The notes beneath the pieces are model-generated. The model worked only from the letters and a program-made list of their open reading frames with translations. It made no database searches and was not told the origin of the DNA. A stretch of 28,534 nt of DNA from an uncultured Ignavibacteria bacterium (GTDB lineage Bacteria; Zixibacteria; MSB-5A5; UBA10806), in NCBI GenBank assembly GCA_964503405.1, contig CAZDAH010000006.1:14223-42756 (forward strand), given 5' to 3'. The position numbers were made by a program, and so were the translations under genes. Below, piece after piece: positions 16,938-27,032 of this stretch (the stretch's first letter is position 1; the number at the start of each line of letters is the position of its first letter).

Positions 16938-18338
16938 TCAACGCTGGAAGAGGGTCATTTTGACTTTGTCTTCCCAGTTGTAGTCTTTTATCTCGTTCTG
17001 CTTCGACGAATGCACGAGTTGGAAGGCGCCGGTGTCCTCGAAATCTACGAATATAAAATAGATTCCGCCCTCGAGCCCGTGGTACCACCATCTCTGCCAA
17101 TTGCGCTCCTCGATCGAGGATTGATTACGTTCGATCTCGGAAGGCTCGCCGTACATTATATAAACTCTGCCCATATCGGTTTGCCATCCTTTAATAACTC
17201 CTCTATACTGGCCGAAATGCTCTTCGCAATACTTGATCCGTCGATAGTGCTCCAGCTTGAATTCGTTTTCCGCGGTTGTCGGATTCGGATCGCGTTTCTG
17301 CCAGAAATCGTTCTGGAAATTGCGTTTCCCTTCGAGGTTCAACGAATCGAAAAGTCTAAGCTCGTCCTGGGTGGCGATGAAGGTAATATCCCCCCTGAAT
17401 TTGGCGGCTTCGTCTTCGCTTTCCAGACGGCCGGATTCGGGAAAGTCCTTCAGGATGGCCTGAAGCATCTCTTGTCTCAGCCTCTCCCTGGATGCCACCA
17501 CGGCGAATCGTTTCTCCGACGATGCCAGATAATCGCCGTCCCTAACCGAGAGCCGAACCGAGTAATAGCCGCGGGCCAGTGTCGCGTATGAGAATCCGGT
17601 CATGATCACCGCCGACCGGCCCGGCTTTCCATAATTCGCTTCCGGGATGGTTTTTACTGTTTGACCGTTGCCGTCGAGGATCTCGATAAGCACCGAGTAG
17701 GAACTGTCGGTCGAAATGTCCAGATTGTAGGCCTCGGCATAGATATAGATCACGTTCTTGTCCTGGGAGAATCGTGCAGATGGATTGGGCAGCACACGGT
17801 AACCGGCTTTGGAGAATTTACCCGACGAATCCGCGGTTATCTCGTAGGCAAGCTGCAGGGAAGAGAGATTCAAATCTTCCGATCCGTACCCGGGGACTGT
17901 CACGGCAAATTCGCATAATCCTCTTTTTTCTCCATTGGCCGCGGAGAGCCTGATATTATAATTCCCCCGCGGGAATATTTCAGTTACCATATCGGATATC
18001 AGGTAATCGCTGTCTTCGAGGACCGACAGCGACTCGATCCGGTTTCCGGCTTTCCAGGCCGCCGAATCGATGATTGCGCCGGTAGTGTCCATCAGCCATA
18101 CCGCAAAGTCGATGATCGCGACGTACCCCGAGGAGTCGGGCGAATAATTCAACTGGGCCCGGGGAATATTGTAAAAGATCTCGACATAAGCGCCGGAGGA
18201 GTCTCCCTCGATACGATAGGTTGCGAAATCGGCCGTTACGCGCAAATCGCCGCTTTCATTCGAGGACGAATCTCCGCCGACAATGACTGCCGCCACGACT
18301 GTTATAACAAATATCGCAGCTCCGGAGGTTTTTCTCAC
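16938..18338 (-). CDS. GWxTD domain-containing exported protein
   Basis: N-terminal hydrophobic signal; C-terminal FWQKRDPNPTT.ENEFKLEHYRR...GWQTDMGRVYIMYGEP...ERNWQRWWY. Confidence 0.9.
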   Translation of the reverse strand: MRKTSGAAIFVITVVAAVIVGGDSSSNESGDLRVTADFATYRIEGDSSGAYVEIFYNIPRAQLNYSPDSSGYVAIIDFAVWLMDTTGAIIDSAAWKAGNRIESLSVLEDSDYLISDMVTEIFPRGNYNIRLSAANGEKRGLCEFAVTVPGYGSEDLNLSSLQLAYEITADSSGKFSKAGYRVLPNPSARFSQDKNVIYIYAEAYNLDISTDSSYSVLIEILDGNGQTVKTIPEANYGKPGRSAVIMTGFSYATLARGYYSVRLSVRDGDYLASSEKRFAVVASRERLRQEMLQAILKDFPESGRLESEDEAAKFRGDITFIATQDELRLFDSLNLEGKRNFQNDFWQKRDPNPTTAENEFKLEHYRRIKYCEEHFGQYRGVIKGWQTDMGRVYIMYGEPSEIERNQSSIEERNWQRWWYHGLEGGIYFIFVDFEDTGAFQLVHSSKQNEIKDYNWEDKVKMTLFQR

Positions 18339-18341
18339 GAT

Positions 18342-19646
18342 TCATCTTCCCTTAGTGATATCACCGTCATACGGATATTGCAGCTCGAAATCGCCGTAAC
18401 CGTTGATATCGACGAAAAGAAATCTCTTTTTCTGTTCATAGTAATACCATAACTGGTACGGTTTGGCATTGGTGTCGAATGGATGCCGTTCGATTTCGTC
18501 GGGGGCGCCGTAGGTGATATAGACCATCCCCATATCCGATTTCCAGCCGTCGCGGCCGAAATGGCCGAAATTCAGATCGGCGTACCGGAGCCGCTTGTAA
18601 TACTCATCGCGCAGCTCATTCTCGGGCGTTCCGGGAGAGGGATCGTTGGCGATCCAGAACGCTATCCAGAATTCCAGCCTTTTTTCGGCCGGAGAGCTTT
18701 TCAAATCGTCCATCTCCTTTTTGGTGGCAATATAGCGAAGCTGTTCCACGGCCGTCTTGAAATCGTTCCTGACTATACCCATGACCGACCATTCGACCAC
18801 GAAAGGCGACTCGGCCGCGAGATCGAGCTCGCCGCCGGGAGAGCCCACGTTGACCGTAATGCTGTAAATGCCGGGAAGCAACGATTCGATATTGAATTCC
18901 TCGAGCCTCGCGGTGACGGCGCCCTTCGACGGGAGCAAAGTCGTATCCGATTTGACGGAAGTTTTATCCAGGTAAATTTCGTAATAAACGAGGTAGTCTT
19001 TATCATAATCAGGCCGGTTATAGATTTCGTAATATATTTTCAACAGGGGGTCGTCGAAGCCGAAGGTTCTGGAGACGGATGGTATCATGACAACGGCGTT
19101 TCGTTCGAAACGGGATTTCTCGTCGGAGCGAGTCGATTCTCGGACGAATTCCAGTCCCGACAAGAATGGTATATTCTTGCCGAAATCTTTCAATTTCATC
19201 TCCTCCCTGGCCGTAAGCTCGTCGCCGGAATGAGTGTCGACAAGCTTGCCGACCAGTTCGTAGTCATCCGGCGATAAGCGGAATTCGAATTTGTCAATGA
19301 TAAAATCTTTCGGGGAAATGGTCATCTCGTAGCTATCCGCGAACAGGTCGCCGTCGCGGGTGATGCCGGTCACCTGCTTCTTTTTCTTGTTGATGACGAT
19401 ATTTATCTCGTAAGACGCCTTGAACTTGTCCCCCCATTTCTGGTAGGACAGGGCGTAGGAGAACGCTTTATAATAGACCTCCACAATCACGCTATCGGAA
19501 AGAGAATCTTTGAAGGGGACAAAATCAATAGCGAATTTGGAGGCGACCAGGCGATCCTCGAATCCCAGGTGATCCTGGGCCGCCGCCGGCAGTCCGATTA
19601 AGATTGCCGCCAGCGTTAACGAAGCTGACTTGAGCATGATCCCCAC
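18342..19646 (-). CDS. GWxTD domain-containing exported protein (paralog)
   Basis: Signal peptide ending AAA-Q; FWIANDPSPGTPENELRDEYYKR...GWKSDMGMVYITYGAPDEIER...PYQLWYY. Start is GTG 19646 or ATG 19637. Confidence 0.9.
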   Translation of the reverse strand: MGIMLKSASLTLAAILIGLPAAAQDHLGFEDRLVASKFAIDFVPFKDSLSDSVIVEVYYKAFSYALSYQKWGDKFKASYEINIVINKKKKQVTGITRDGDLFADSYEMTISPKDFIIDKFEFRLSPDDYELVGKLVDTHSGDELTAREEMKLKDFGKNIPFLSGLEFVRESTRSDEKSRFERNAVVMIPSVSRTFGFDDPLLKIYYEIYNRPDYDKDYLVYYEIYLDKTSVKSDTTLLPSKGAVTARLEEFNIESLLPGIYSITVNVGSPGGELDLAAESPFVVEWSVMGIVRNDFKTAVEQLRYIATKKEMDDLKSSPAEKRLEFWIAFWIANDPSPGTPENELRDEYYKRLRYADLNFGHFGRDGWKSDMGMVYITYGAPDEIERHPFDTNAKPYQLWYYYEQKKRFLFVDINGYGDFELQYPYDGDITKGR

Positions 19647-19707
19647 ACTTTCAATTTAAGACCTACCCCGGAAGCCGAGCAAGTTTTTTCGCCCGCTCCC
19701 GGCTATA

Positions 19708-19736
19708 TTAACGGATTAATTTAAAAAATTGTTTCG
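19708..19736 (-). promoter_or_regulatory. Candidate ECF-type promoter upstream of the GWxTD pair
   Basis: CGAAAC-N17-CGTTAA in the 92 nt intergenic gap. Confidence 0.45.
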
Positions 19737-19738
19737 GG

Positions 19739-20980
19739 CTATTCGTATCTAAGGCACTCTATGGGATCGAGCTTGGCGGCCCGTATGGCCGGATAAATGC
19801 CGAAAACCAGGGCTACTCCCACCGAGAAGAAAAAGGCCGTGATAATCCAGGGAATGGAAATAGCCGCCGGCAAAGGCGTAAGTCCCGCGATCAGCTGGCC
19901 TGCGGCAAGCCCGACGATTATCCCCAGGATTCCGCCAAACCCGGAAAGGGCCATAGCCTCGATTAGAAACTGCCAGAGTATATTGCGTTTTTTGGCACCG
20001 ACCGCTTTCCTGATCCCGATTTCGCGGGTGCGCTCGGTAACGGAGACCAGCATGATGTTCATGACGCCTACTCCCCCGACCAGGAGGCCAATCGACGAAA
20101 TGACGATCATCACCAGCCAGATGGCCTGGGTAACCTGGGTATACATCTCCTGCAGGCTTTCCTGAGTGAAAATGGCGAAATCGTCTGGTTCGTTATAGCG
20201 CAGGCCTCTTTGCCGACGCATGACCTCCTCCACCTGTCCGATGGCGACATCCATCAACTCGGGAGAGACGGCCTTCATGGAAAGCCCAAGCTCTTTCTCC
20301 TCGGGATGCAGCTTATGAAAAGTGCCGTAGGGAATGGCCAGAATGCGGTTCTCGCCGCTTCCCATTATTGTCTGACGTTCCTCGAGAACTCCGATGACCG
20401 TGAATTTATCGTCGTTGAACAGAATGACTTTGTTAATCGGATCGACGTCGGGAAACAGAGTCTCCGCGACCTCGGAACCGATGACCACGACCATGGTTCT
20501 GAACTTCACGTCGGAATCGTCAAAAAACCGGCCCTGGGCTGCGAATGTGTTATTAACTAATTGATAATCGGGCAGCGTGCCGAAGAACATGGGATTGTTG
20601 ACCTCGCGATCCCGGTATTTGGCGATGTTCCCGCCGGGCCGGAAATAGTAGTTTTGCGGCGAAACAGCTTCTATGGCCGGGCACGATTCTTGAATAGCCC
20701 TGGCGTCGTCGAAGGTAATTCCCTTGCGATTTCTTTCCGACGAGCTTCTCGAACCTATCTGGATTCCGGGTTTGTATTTGGAAACGTAGATGACATTCGA
20801 GCCCAGCGACTCGATTTGTTCGGCCATTGAATTATCCAGGCCGGTAATTATCGAAACCACGGCTATAATCGTGAACACGCCGACCATAACTCCCAGGATA
20901 GTCAGAAAAGAGCGCAACTTGTGGGCGCGGAAGGTGGTCATGGCCAGCCGCAGGCTTTCTTTAATTTCGTGAATGAACAA
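19739..20980 (-). CDS. MacB/FtsX-family ABC transporter permease
   Basis: KLRSFLTILGVMVGV, periplasmic core, GVMNIMLVSVTERTREIGIRKAVGA, FGIYPA.RAAKLDPIECLRYE. TTG start. Confidence 0.94.
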   Translation of the reverse strand: MFIHEIKESLRLAMTTFRAHKLRSFLTILGVMVGVFTIIAVVSIITGLDNSMAEQIESLGSNVIYVSKYKPGIQIGSRSSSERNRKGITFDDARAIQESCPAIEAVSPQNYYFRPGGNIAKYRDREVNNPMFFGTLPDYQLVNNTFAAQGRFFDDSDVKFRTMVVVIGSEVAETLFPDVDPINKVILFNDDKFTVIGVLEERQTIMGSGENRILAIPYGTFHKLHPEEKELGLSMKAVSPELMDVAIGQVEEVMRRQRGLRYNEPDDFAIFTQESLQEMYTQVTQAIWLVMIVISSIGLLVGGVGVMNIMLVSVTERTREIGIRKAVGAKKRNILWQFLIEAMALSGFGGILGIIVGLAAGQLIAGLTPLPAAISIPWIITAFFFSVGVALVFGIYPAIRAAKLDPIECLRYE

Positions 20981-21006
20981 GGTTTACTCTCTCCCTCAAC
21001 CCCGTT

Positions 21007-22227
21007 TTACTCGTATCTTAAAGCCTCGATCGGATCGAGGCGGGCCGCCTTGACCGCCGGAAATATGCCGAATATCATGCCCACTCCGGTCGATACCGCC
21101 AGCCCCAGCAAGACCGCCCAGAGTTCTATTGTCGCCGGCAAGGGCGAGGCCGCGCTAACCACTGTGGCAAATATTATTCCCAGAATTATGCCTATAGATC
21201 CGCCGATCGCCGCCAGGGTAACGGCCTCGACCAGGAATTGCCACAGGATATCTCTGCGTCTGGCCCCGATCGCTTTTCTAATCCCGATCTCCCGGGTCCG
21301 TTCTGTGACCGACACGAGCATGATATTCATAATGACGATTCCTCCGACCACAAGCGATATCGACGAAATAAGCATCAGGACGAACCATGCCGCCCGGGTG
21401 AAATTATTGAAAAACTCCATGAATGTAGCGGAGGTCATAATGCCGAAATCGTCCCTTTTGTCATAGGTGAGTTTGCGGCGAGCCCGCAGGATCGTCCTGG
21501 CCTCGTCCTGCGCCTCTTCCATGACCGACATATCCACGGCATTGGCGTAAATTGCTATAGTGCGGCGGCGTCCGAAATATTTCTCGAAAGTGCTCAACGG
21601 TACTACCACCCAATTGTCCTGATTCATGGTCATAAACGAACCCCGGGCCTTGGCCACCCCCACTATTCTGAAATAAAATTTGCCGATCTTAATATTCTGG
21701 CCTATCGGATTGCCGTGCTCTATCAGTTTATCCACCAGATCGGGGCCGGCCATGCAAACCGAGGCTCGATGAATTTCGTCCGTTTCCATCAAAGTGCGTC
21801 CGTAATCGATCTCGATATCCGAGACGTCGAGAAAATTAAAGGTTACTCCCTGAAGCATGACGTCCTCGAGATAATTCGAGCCGTATTTGACACTGGTTTG
21901 GACATGCTGGCTGACACCGCCCACGTTTTCGCAGAGGCTGCAATATCTCGCCACCGCTTTTAAGTCGTCGAGAGTGATCCTCTTTCGTTTCTGGGCCTCG
22001 AACCACTCTTCCTCTGAAGTTATCAGCCCCTCTCTATCTATTATGAAAGTATTCGAGCCCATGGAATTGATCCTGGTGGCGACGTAGTTATTCATGCCGT
22101 TTATTACGGATACTACGGTAATGACGGTTGTCACTCCGATAATAATGCCTATCAGCGTCAGAATCGATCTGAGCTTGTTCGCCCAGATCGATTGAAGGGC
22201 GATCAAGACGCCTTCGATGAACCACAT
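21007..22227 (-). CDS. MacB/FtsX-family ABC transporter permease (paralog)
   Basis: KLRSILTLIGIIIGV, VIMNIMLVSVTERTREIGIRKAIGA, FGIFPA.KAARLDPIEALRYE. Confidence 0.94.
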   Translation of the reverse strand: MWFIEGVLIALQSIWANKLRSILTLIGIIIGVTTVITVVSVINGMNNYVATRINSMGSNTFIIDREGLITSEEEWFEAQKRKRITLDDLKAVARYCSLCENVGGVSQHVQTSVKYGSNYLEDVMLQGVTFNFLDVSDIEIDYGRTLMETDEIHRASVCMAGPDLVDKLIEHGNPIGQNIKIGKFYFRIVGVAKARGSFMTMNQDNWVVVPLSTFEKYFGRRRTIAIYANAVDMSVMEEAQDEARTILRARRKLTYDKRDDFGIMTSATFMEFFNNFTRAAWFVLMLISSISLVVGGIVIMNIMLVSVTERTREIGIRKAIGARRRDILWQFLVEAVTLAAIGGSIGIILGIIFATVVSAASPLPATIELWAVLLGLAVSTGVGMIFGIFPAVKAARLDPIEALRYE

Positions 22228-22238
22228 GACAATCCGCC

Positions 22239-22919
22239 TTATCTGGTCTTTTCGTCTTTTTCGATCTGGCCGTCGCGAATGAAAATTATTCTGTCGGCGT
22301 ATGACGCTATGTCGCGTTCATGCGTGACGATTATGATCGTATTTCCTTCCTTGTGGAGTTTCGACAGCAGTTCCATGATTTCCACACCGGTGGCCGTATC
22401 AAGATTGCCGGTCGGCTCGTCGGCCAATATCAGGGACGGCTTATTCACCAGAGCCCTGGCTATGGCCACTCTCTGTCTCTGTCCCCCGGAAAGCTGGTTC
22501 GGCTTATGAGTCATCCTGTCGGCGAGATCCACCATCGTCAGCGCCTCTTTTGCTTTCCTCAGACGATCTTCCGCGCGCGTACCGTTGTAGATCAACGGCA
22601 ATTCCACGTTATGAAGCGCTGTCGCCCGGGGAAGGAGATTGAAGGTCTGGAAGACAAAGCCGATCTCCTTATTGCGAATATGAGCGAGCTCATCGTCGTT
22701 CATCTTCGATACCTCGCGGCCGTTTAACAGGTATTGCCCTCTCGACGGCGTATCGAGGCAGCCGATCAGATTCATAAGGGTGGATTTGCCGGAACCGGAC
22801 GGCCCCATGATGGCCAGGTATTCCCCTTTGACGACCTGGGTGGTAATACCTCGGAGCGCGTTGACATTCTCGGCGCCGACTTCGTATATCTTCCAGAGAT
22901 CTTCAGTTTGTATCAACAT
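22239..22919 (-). CDS. ABC transporter ATP-binding protein (MacB/LolD/YknY-like)
   Basis: Walker [10 protein letters not shown]-loop GFVFQTFNL, signature [23 protein letters not shown]. Confidence 0.96.
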   Translation of the reverse strand: MLIQTEDLWKIYEVGAENVNALRGITTQVVKGEYLAIMGPSGSGKSTLMNLIGCLDTPSRGQYLLNGREVSKMNDDELAHIRNKEIGFVFQTFNLLPRATALHNVELPLIYNGTRAEDRLRKAKEALTMVDLADRMTHKPNQLSGGQRQRVAIARALVNKPSLILADEPTGNLDTATGVEIMELLSKLHKEGNTIIIVTHERDIASYADRIIFIRDGQIEKDEKTR

Positions 22920-22966
22920 CGAAAAGTTCCTTTGATTGAATTCTCCTCGCCATGGTTTTGAAGATT

Positions 22967-24205
22967 CTAATCGCTTTCCAGGTCTTTATCGGGTCCGAAT
23001 TTCGGGGCTTCCGGTTTGATCATCTCGTCGTGCTTGAGCGTTCTGAGCAGTCTATACGGTCCGCTTATGACGCTATCTCCCTCGGCCACTCCGTCGAGGA
23101 TCTCCACATGCTGCTGGTCCCTGATCCCCATCTTTACGGGGACGAATCTGGATTTTCCCTGGGAAACCAGAAACACACCGTCGATATCTCTTATATCGGC
23201 ATTCTCCGCGGGCCGGTCATCCGCGGCTTCGGCAGAATCGCTCTCGCCTGCGTTTTTCGTTTCCACCCCGGTATTTTCGGGACGCATCACCACCGAACCG
23301 GCGGGAATCTTGATAGCCTCGGTTTTCTCATTGGTGGTAATATCCACCGACGCTGTCATCCCCGGTTTTATGTTGGCCACCCTGTCGAGAATGAGGATCT
23401 TCACCACGAAATTCGTGATCTGGTCGGAGCTGCCGAATCCGGAGGATTTGGGAGAATTTCCGATCTGGACTGCTTTTCCACGGAAGGTCGTATCGGGAAA
23501 GGCGTCGAGTGTGATTTCGGCCTCCTGTTCCAGGTCGACCCTGGCGATATCCGTCTCGTCGACCTCCGTCTCTATCTCCATGGCGGACAGATCGGAGATA
23601 ACCATGATGACAGTGCCGGGGTTATTCATGGTGCCGATAACCACGTTTTCCCCCTTTTCGGAATTCAATTTTGTCACAATTCCGGCCATGGGAGATCTGA
23701 TGGTGCACTTATTCAATTGGTCGAGGGCTCTATCGAGGCTGGCCTGGCCGATCTGCAGCTGGGACTCGGCCTGGTCGAAAGCGTTCCGGGCGATATCGAG
23801 ACTTGCCTGCGACGACAATCCTTTGGCGAACAGTTGTTTTTCGCGCTCAAGATCTATGACTTCCTTTTCACGGGCGGAGACGGCCGACTGTAACGATCCG
23901 CGGGCCTGGGCCACGTCCATGCGACGCGATGTATTGTCGATTTTGACGAGCAGCTGCCCTTCGGTCACCCGCTGGCCCTCCTCGACCGGCAGTTCCTCGA
24001 TACGGCCCATGACGTCGGCCGAAATCTCGACATCGGCCTGAGCTTGGACTTTGCCTGTGGCAGTTACCAGCGATCTGATCTTGCCCCGCCTGGCCAGCTC
24101 CACCGTCACTGTCGTACGCTTCACCTGGTTGCTCTTGAGGGCGAGAACCACTAACACCGCCAAAACGACACCCGCTCCGATAATCAATAGCCACTTCTTT
24201 TTCAT
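22967..24205 (-). CDS. Periplasmic membrane fusion (adaptor) protein, MacA/YknX-like
   Basis: N-terminal membrane anchor, lipoyl halves ([23 protein letters not shown]), coiled-coil hairpin, VDETDI, IKPGMTA. Confidence 0.93.
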   Translation of the reverse strand: MKKKWLLIIGAGVVLAVLVVLALKSNQVKRTTVTVELARRGKIRSLVTATGKVQAQADVEISADVMGRIEELPVEEGQRVTEGQLLVKIDNTSRRMDVAQARGSLQSAVSAREKEVIDLEREKQLFAKGLSSQASLDIARNAFDQAESQLQIGQASLDRALDQLNKCTIRSPMAGIVTKLNSEKGENVVIGTMNNPGTVIMVISDLSAMEIETEVDETDIARVDLEQEAEITLDAFPDTTFRGKAVQIGNSPKSSGFGSSDQITNFVVKILILDRVANIKPGMTASVDITTNEKTEAIKIPAGSVVMRPENTGVETKNAGESDSAEAADDRPAENADIRDIDGVFLVSQGKSRFVPVKMGIRDQQHVEILDGVAEGDSVISGPYRLLRTLKHDEMIKPEAPKFGPDKDLESD

Positions 24206-24220
24206 TATTTCATCTCCCGC

Positions 24221-25528
24221 CTATCTCCCCAGCGTTTTTTCCAGTTTAGAGACAGCCAGGTAATAATCGAAGATGGCCTCTACCCTGTTAGTCTGGGCTT
24301 CCTTAAGCGACACTTCGGCGTCGAGCACCTCCAGAATAGTCGCGGCCCCGAGATCATATTTTTCTTTGACCAGGTTCAAGTCCTCCTGGGCCGCAGCCAC
24401 CGACTCATCAGCCAGGTTTTTGGCTTCGCTCGACTGCTCGATATCCAAAAACGCCTCTTTCACCTCCAGGGCGACTTTATTCTCGGTGTCTTTCAGCGCC
24501 CGCTTGTATGTATCGACGTTTTTCCTGGCGGCAAGCAGAGTAGCATAATCCGAGGCCCCGTTGAATATATTGAAACTCAGGCTGGCGTAAATATAGGAGC
24601 TGGCGTCAGATCTTTCGAAGCGGGTCAGATTGCTTAGAGTATCGACGGTGGTGCCGTGCCTCAGCCCGACCGAAAGCGAGGGCAGAAAATTGGCGTAGGC
24701 CATCAGTTTCTGGTCCCTGGCGCTGTAGAAATCGAAACGAGCCTTGCGATAGTCGGGATTGGAGGCGATTGCCTCGCCCAGGGCCTCATTGTAACCGATA
24801 TCGACGATCGTCTCGCCGAGATCCTCTTCGACTTCGATGTCCTTGTTGACATCCACACCCATGACATACGCAAGGTTGGCCTTGGCCAGCTTGTAAGCGT
24901 TGGTCTTGGCCACCAAATCAAGCTTATCGCTTCCGTATTGGACTTTGGCTTTCAGGACGTCGGACATGGACGCCGAGCCGAGATCGAACCGGCTCTGCGT
25001 GACCCTCATCCTTTCCTCGCCTCTTTTGACGGCGTCTTCGGATACGTCCAAAAGCATCCTGGCCTTAATGAGGTTAAAGAAGCTCTCTTTAACGTTGAGA
25101 ATCAAAGTCGATTTGGCGCCGATAAATCCGTAAAGCGAAGATCCGCGATCATGGTATTTTTTCTTTATGTCGGCGTAATTGAAAAGCCCCAGGCCGCCAT
25201 ACGACTGGCTGAAGTTCAACGATCCGGAGAATGTATTGGATTTAATTCCGCCGGATAACTGTCGTCCGGTTCCCGGTTCGGAAAACGAATACCCCGACCA
25301 GCTTTGCGAGGCTTGCGAGGAGATGGAGATCGACGGCAGCAGATCGCCCCAGGCTGTATACACTTCGCCCCGGGCGGCGTCGTAACTATTCCTGGCCGCC
25401 ACTACGCCATAATTATTTATCAAGGCCGTCTCGATGCAATCATCGAGAGAATACGTCTCCGCGTGAAGGGAGATAATACTCAGTATCTGAATTAACATTA
25501 GGATCGTTAACGGTAATCCTCGCCTCAT
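24221..25528 (-). CDS. TolC-family outer membrane channel
   Basis: Signal peptide, two OEP repeats (DLLPSISIS; NFLPSLSV), YDLGAATILEVLDAE. Confidence 0.93.
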   Translation of the reverse strand: MRRGLPLTILMLIQILSIISLHAETYSLDDCIETALINNYGVVAARNSYDAARGEVYTAWGDLLPSISISSQASQSWSGYSFSEPGTGRQLSGGIKSNTFSGSLNFSQSYGGLGLFNYADIKKKYHDRGSSLYGFIGAKSTLILNVKESFFNLIKARMLLDVSEDAVKRGEERMRVTQSRFDLGSASMSDVLKAKVQYGSDKLDLVAKTNAYKLAKANLAYVMGVDVNKDIEVEEDLGETIVDIGYNEALGEAIASNPDYRKARFDFYSARDQKLMAYANFLPSLSVGLRHGTTVDTLSNLTRFERSDASSYIYASLSFNIFNGASDYATLLAARKNVDTYKRALKDTENKVALEVKEAFLDIEQSSEAKNLADESVAAAQEDLNLVKEKYDLGAATILEVLDAEVSLKEAQTNRVEAIFDYYLAVSKLEKTLGR

Positions 25529-25545
25529 GCGTTTACTCCTTCTTT

Positions 25546-26286
25546 CTACATTCCGAACTGGCTGAACACGCCGGAAAGGGCCACGCTCAGGGCGATCCAG
25601 ATGGCCCAGAGAACGCCCACGGCGGTGAGGGCTTTTGATTTGCTGAATTTATATATATAACCGAATCCCGCGGCGAAAACCGCCAGGTACCAGATTGTAA
25701 AAAAATCAAACTTGGAAAGGAAAGTATGAAGCTTAGTTCCCACGGAGTCACCGGACAGCAGCAACGCCGGGGACAACGATATTTCCATGCTTCCCTTGGC
25801 CAGGATCAGGGCTGTCGTAACAATAACTCCGATCATGCTTATGCAACTTGACCAGGAAACCACTGCCAGAACTTTCTTATATGTCGAATCCCCGCCGAGC
25901 ATGACTGTGCCCACCAGGTAGAATATACCCGCGAGTATGAGCATTACAAGGGGCACGAAGATGATCTGACCGATCAGAGCGAATCCTCTTTGCATACCGG
26001 CCCTTTCGGTCATTTGCGTTTCGATAACCTGCATCTGTTCCGGCGGGATATTTGGATTGCTCTTGAGCCTCTCCAACTGCGAGTCCATTATAATCGGAAA
26101 TGAGATTTGCGTGGTGACAGCGATTAGAATCACCAGGATTATCAAGGGAGCTATCCACGTTGGTTTTTGATTCAATTCCTGAAACGTGCGCAGAGGATCG
26201 GCAAAAATATTAACCAGTTTTCCGCCGAACCCGAGAGCCGGCGCGGAGACCTCGCTGGAAACCGCCGCCTTAAATCCGCTTTCCAT
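25546..26286 (-). CDS. Yip1-domain membrane protein (YknW-like)
   Basis: IFADP.RTF..L..KPTW..PL, several TM segments, FDFFTIW..AV.A.G. ATG 26286 has AGGAG 5 nt upstream (preferred over GTG 26292). Confidence 0.82.
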   Translation of the reverse strand: MESGFKAAVSSEVSAPALGFGGKLVNIFADPLRTFQELNQKPTWIAPLIILVILIAVTTQISFPIIMDSQLERLKSNPNIPPEQMQVIETQMTERAGMQRGFALIGQIIFVPLVMLILAGIFYLVGTVMLGGDSTYKKVLAVVSWSSCISMIGVIVTTALILAKGSMEISLSPALLLSGDSVGTKLHTFLSKFDFFTIWYLAVFAAGFGYIYKFSKSKALTAVGVLWAIWIALSVALSGVFSQFGM

Positions 26287-26317
26287 TTCCACTCCTTTTC
26301 CTGTCTGCTATTAATGA

Positions 26318-26345
26318 TAGACGAACGATTCTATTAAATGTTTCA
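26318..26345 (-). promoter_or_regulatory. ECF-type promoter of the Yip1-TolC-ABC operon
   Basis: TGAAAC-N16-CGTCTA, closely matching the B. subtilis SigW/SigM-type consensus; 31 nt upstream of the ATG. Confidence 0.7.
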
Positions 26346-26390
26346 AATCCGTCCTCAAAATGTATACACTCGGCGCGACGGGATATTCAA

Positions 26391-27026
26391 TCAGATTTTG
26401 GGCATGCCGATTCTATGAAAAACAGTCAGCCCCCAGCTTACCGAATCCCCCCTGGGAAGATCTCCGCCGTATGCAGCGTCGATCGAATTGACGCTGAACT
26501 TGCTGTATTTCACGAAATTCCCTGAAAAATAAAACGTTAACGAGAGACCTTCGCTGACAAAATAACGCAGATCCAGGCTCGACACCACGCCCCAGCCCGA
26601 TAATCCGTTCTCAAATTCATAAGTTATGTTATTTTCTCTGTAAAGCTTGTCGCCGGTGATATCGAAAAGCGCCGGGCCGATTCCCAGCACTATCTCGGCA
26701 TCTCCCAGGCGATAAGGGATCCCCCTCGCCTTAATGAAAAATGTCGTTTTATCGGCCTCCTTTTCCCGGATAGCCCCGGCCACGATATCGAATATATAGT
26801 CGTGGGTGGAATGCAAGACCCCGATCTCAAGGCCCAGCCTGTCAATAAGATCGAATCCAAAGCTTCCGATATACCCGATTACCGATTCCATCTCGGGGAA
26901 AACATCGGTAGACGGCGAATCGTGAAGCAATCCTCCCCTTATGGAGAAACCTTTTTGCGCCGATTCCGAATAAATTCCCTGCGGGAATAAAATTACCGCG
27001 ATGATAACCGTGGAGGGCCATTTCAT
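26391..27026 (-). CDS. Putative outer-membrane beta-barrel protein
   Basis: Signal peptide, then alternating hydrophobic/Gly-aromatic strands (FSIRGG, YIGSFGFDL, LGLEIGV, LDLRYFV, LSLTFYF, VSWGLTVFH). Confidence 0.6.
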   Translation of the reverse strand: MKWPSTVIIAVILFPQGIYSESAQKGFSIRGGLLHDSPSTDVFPEMESVIGYIGSFGFDLIDRLGLEIGVLHSTHDYIFDIVAGAIREKEADKTTFFIKARGIPYRLGDAEIVLGIGPALFDITGDKLYRENNITYEFENGLSGWGVVSSLDLRYFVSEGLSLTFYFSGNFVKYSKFSVNSIDAAYGGDLPRGDSVSWGLTVFHRIGMPKI

Positions 27027-27032
27027 AGCTCG

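Noticed and set aside
19660-19703. Hairpin between the permease and GWxTD genes as a terminator
   Set aside because: The stem depends on G-U pairs and lacks a U-tract; it cannot be called a terminator from sequence alone.
22952-24041. Long plus-strand ORFs (313 and 341 aa) antisense to the MFP gene, and similar ones at 441-866, 12342-12995, 16908-17591, 18483-19277 and 21238-21963
   Set aside because: They lie fully antisense to well-supported genes, have no recognisable motifs or RBS, and are the expected shadows of biased codon usage.
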